A DNA stretch of 64,000 nucleotides, from the NCBI GenBank assembly GCA_965220965.1, contig OZ244852.1, forward strand, positions 320,001 through 384,000, read 5' to 3'. Positions 61,953 to 64,000 of the stretch are shown in pieces. Source of the DNA: Candidatus Marinacidobacterium sp. GTDB lineage: Bacteria; Acidobacteriota; Vicinamibacteria; Marinacidobacterales; Marinacidobacteraceae. Position 1 is the first letter of the stretch. Each line of letters starts with the position of its first letter. A model generated the notes under the pieces. The model had not been told where the DNA came from and ran no database searches. It saw only the letters and a program-made list of their open reading frames with translations. The translations under genes were made by a program, and so were the position numbers.

Positions 61953-62822
61953 GTGCGGGCCTACCTCGACGCCGTGCGCCGGGTCCTGGAGACCGGGACC
62001 CGGCGTCCGAACCGCACCGGCGTGGACACGCTGTCGGTCTTCAACCTGAACTACGAAGTCCGGCTGGACCGCGGCTTTCCGCTGCTGACCACGAAGAAGA
62101 TCGCGTGGAAGAACATCGTGCTGGAGAACCTCTGGTTCCTCTCCGGTGAGCCCCGGATCGATCTCCTCCGCAAACACGGCTGCGGGTTCTGGGACCCCTG
62201 GGCGGACGCCGCCGGAGGCGTCCCGAGCGCCTACGGGGCGCTCTGGCGCCGTCATCCCGGCCCGCGCGGCGCGAACGACCAGATTCGCTGGGTGCTCGAC
62301 GAACTGCGGCGGAATCCGACCTCCCGGCGACTGGTGGTCAGCGCCTGGTCCCCGGACAACGCCCAGTCGAGCGCGCTGCCGCCGTGCCATTTCGCCTTCG
62401 TCCTGAATGTCCAGAACGACCGCGCCGGCGAGCCCCGCCTGAACCTGCACCTGACCCAGCGGAGCTGTGACATCGCGCTCGGCCTCCCCTACAACATCGC
62501 GGGCTACGCGCTCCTGCTGCACCTGTTCTCGGCGTGGTCCGGGATCCGCCCGGGCGTCATGGCGCATTCGCTGGTCGACGCTCACGTCTACACCTCGAAG
62601 GCGGACGGAAGCGGGGCGGAGCAGGACCATGTGCCCGGTCTGATGCGCCAGCTCAACCGCGAGCCGCGGCCGCTCCCCCGGCTTCACCTGTCTCCGACGG
62701 TGAGTTCCTCGCTCGACGGCGCGCTGTCGATCATCGATCGGGACCTCGACGAGATCCTCTCCCACTTCCGGATCGAGGACTACGATCCCCACCCGCCGAT
62801 CCGGTTCGCCGTCGCGGTATGA
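61953..62822 (+). CDS. thyA: Thymidylate synthase
   Basis: NRTGVDT, FPLLTTKK, SRRLVVSAW, LPPCH, QRSCD. Confidence 0.96.
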   Translation: MRAYLDAVRRVLETGTRRPNRTGVDTLSVFNLNYEVRLDRGFPLLTTKKIAWKNIVLENLWFLSGEPRIDLLRKHGCGFWDPWADAAGGVPSAYGALWRRHPGPRGANDQIRWVLDELRRNPTSRRLVVSAWSPDNAQSSALPPCHFAFVLNVQNDRAGEPRLNLHLTQRSCDIALGLPYNIAGYALLLHLFSAWSGIRPGVMAHSLVDAHVYTSKADGSGAEQDHVPGLMRQLNREPRPLPRLHLSPTVSSSLDGALSIIDRDLDEILSHFRIEDYDPHPPIRFAVAV

Positions 62823-63376
62823 CGGAGCGGGGAGCCCGGCCGTTCCCCGACTGGGCCCTCGACGCCGAGGCGCTTCCGCCGGCCCCGTTCCGGGCCAGCA
62901 TGGCGGCGCTGTCCCCCGAAGGGATCATCGGCGTCGACCAGACGATCCCCTGGGACTATCCGGCCGACGTGCGACGGCTCTGGCGACTCACCCGCGGCGC
63001 AACCGTCGTGTTCGGCCGACTCACCTGGGAGACGCTCCCGCGGCGCCCGCTCCGTCGCCGACGAAATCTGGTCGTGAGCCGGAGCCCGGTCGAGGGGGCG
63101 GAGTCCTTCCGGTCGGTCGCCGCCGCGGTGGCCGCCTGCCCGGGGGAGACGGTCTGGTTCCTGGGCGGCGCGCGCATCTACCAGGAAGCCATGGACCACG
63201 CCGACTTCCTCGACATCACGCGCATCCCCGACGCCGTCCGGCCCCCTCCCGGGGCCCGGACGATCTTCTTCCCGCGCATCGACCCGGCCCGCTGGATCGC
63301 GGGCCCCCTGATTCCGGACCCCGTCGAACCCGGGGTCACCCGGCGCCGCTATCTCCGGCGGAAGGACCTCTCATGA
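62819..63376 (+). CDS. folA: Dihydrofolate reductase
   Basis: IIG..IPW.YPAD, GRLTWETL, RRNLVVSR, LGGARIY; ATGA overlap with thyA. Confidence 0.88.
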   Translation: MTERGARPFPDWALDAEALPPAPFRASMAALSPEGIIGVDQTIPWDYPADVRRLWRLTRGATVVFGRLTWETLPRRPLRRRRNLVVSRSPVEGAESFRSVAAAVAACPGETVWFLGGARIYQEAMDHADFLDITRIPDAVRPPPGARTIFFPRIDPARWIAGPLIPDPVEPGVTRRRYLRRKDLS

Positions 63377-63762
63377 GCGAAACGAACATCACCCTGATCG
63401 CCGGCCCCGGCCTGCCGAAGCCGGCCGGACCCTACAGCCCCGCGGCGCGCGCGGGAAACCTGGTCTTCGTGTCCGGGCAGGTCGGCGTCGACCCGGCGAC
63501 CGGGGCGACGCCCGACGGCGTCGAAGCCCAGACCGAGCAGGTCCTGCGGAACATCGCCAGCATCCTGGAGCAGGCGGGGTCCGGTCTCGACCGCGTCGTG
63601 CGCTGCGGCGTCTTCGTGGCCGACATGAGCCGGTTCGCCGAGATGAACGCGGCCTATGAGCGCATGTTCGGGGATCACCGCCCCGCCCGCACCACGATCG
63701 AGCCGCAGGCCCTCCCGGGGTCCGGCTTCCTCGTGGAGATCGACGCGATCGCGGTGGTCTGA
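63373..63762 (+). CDS. ridA: RidA/YjgF-family imine deaminase
   Basis: GPYSPA, VSGQVG, RPARTTI, VEIDAIA. Confidence 0.9.
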   Translation: MSETNITLIAGPGLPKPAGPYSPAARAGNLVFVSGQVGVDPATGATPDGVEAQTEQVLRNIASILEQAGSGLDRVVRCGVFVADMSRFAEMNAAYERMFGDHRPARTTIEPQALPGSGFLVEIDAIAVV

Positions 63763-63783
63763 CGCCGGGGCGCGACGGTAGCG

Positions 63784-64000
63784 TCAGCGCCCCGGGGCGT
63801 CCTCCCCGGAGGCGGGCGCCGCCACCGGCTCGAGGGTGAGCGGATCGCGCGCCGGCAGGTGGGTGACCCCGCCGCCGAGGAGATCGGCCATCGAGGCGCG
63901 GCCCTCCGGGTCGCCTCCCGAAATGTCGTCCCAGATCCCCACGACGAGCATCACCATCTCCTCCGGCTTCAGGTACTTCCGCGCCGCCGCCTGAACGTCC
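63784..64000 (-). CDS. C-terminal fragment of a probable M16 (pitrilysin-like) peptidase
   Basis: Hand translation: DVQAAARKYLKPEEMVMLVVG...RDPLTLEP..stop. Confidence 0.6.
   Translation of the reverse strand, partial: DVQAAARKYLKPEEMVMLVVGIWDDISGGDPEGRASMADLLGGGVTHLPARDPLTLEPVAAPASGEDAPGR

Overview
Very GC-rich bacterial chromosome segment, densely coding (about 60 CDS, 2 tRNA-Leu). An Acidobacteria-like origin is an inference from prfA/clpX motifs and gene content. Most of it is housekeeping: dxr-rseP, truA-uppS-cdsA, lspA-lgt-rluD-pyrRBC, tig-clpPX-engB-rho-rpmE-prfA-prmC, rnr, selB, gcvP, thyA-folA. The main accessory feature is a ~12 kb putative phosphate-starvation module: phoB-phoR, a TonB-dependent receptor, an acidic ElpS-like lipoprotein, two unknown exported proteins, apaH and ppx. 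Pho-box-like 11-bp-spaced TGTCA(T/C) repeats are visible at 35544 and 40615. Non-coding signals are a diverged 300-bp tandem duplication that includes the 3' end of tolC plus a multi-hairpin element, and two copies of a ~184-bp MITE-like element whose inverted-repeat ends co-vary. Several genes appear to use CTG starts or leaderless promoters. No CRISPR array, rRNA, transposase or prophage was seen. All calls come from reading motifs by eye; no database searches were run.
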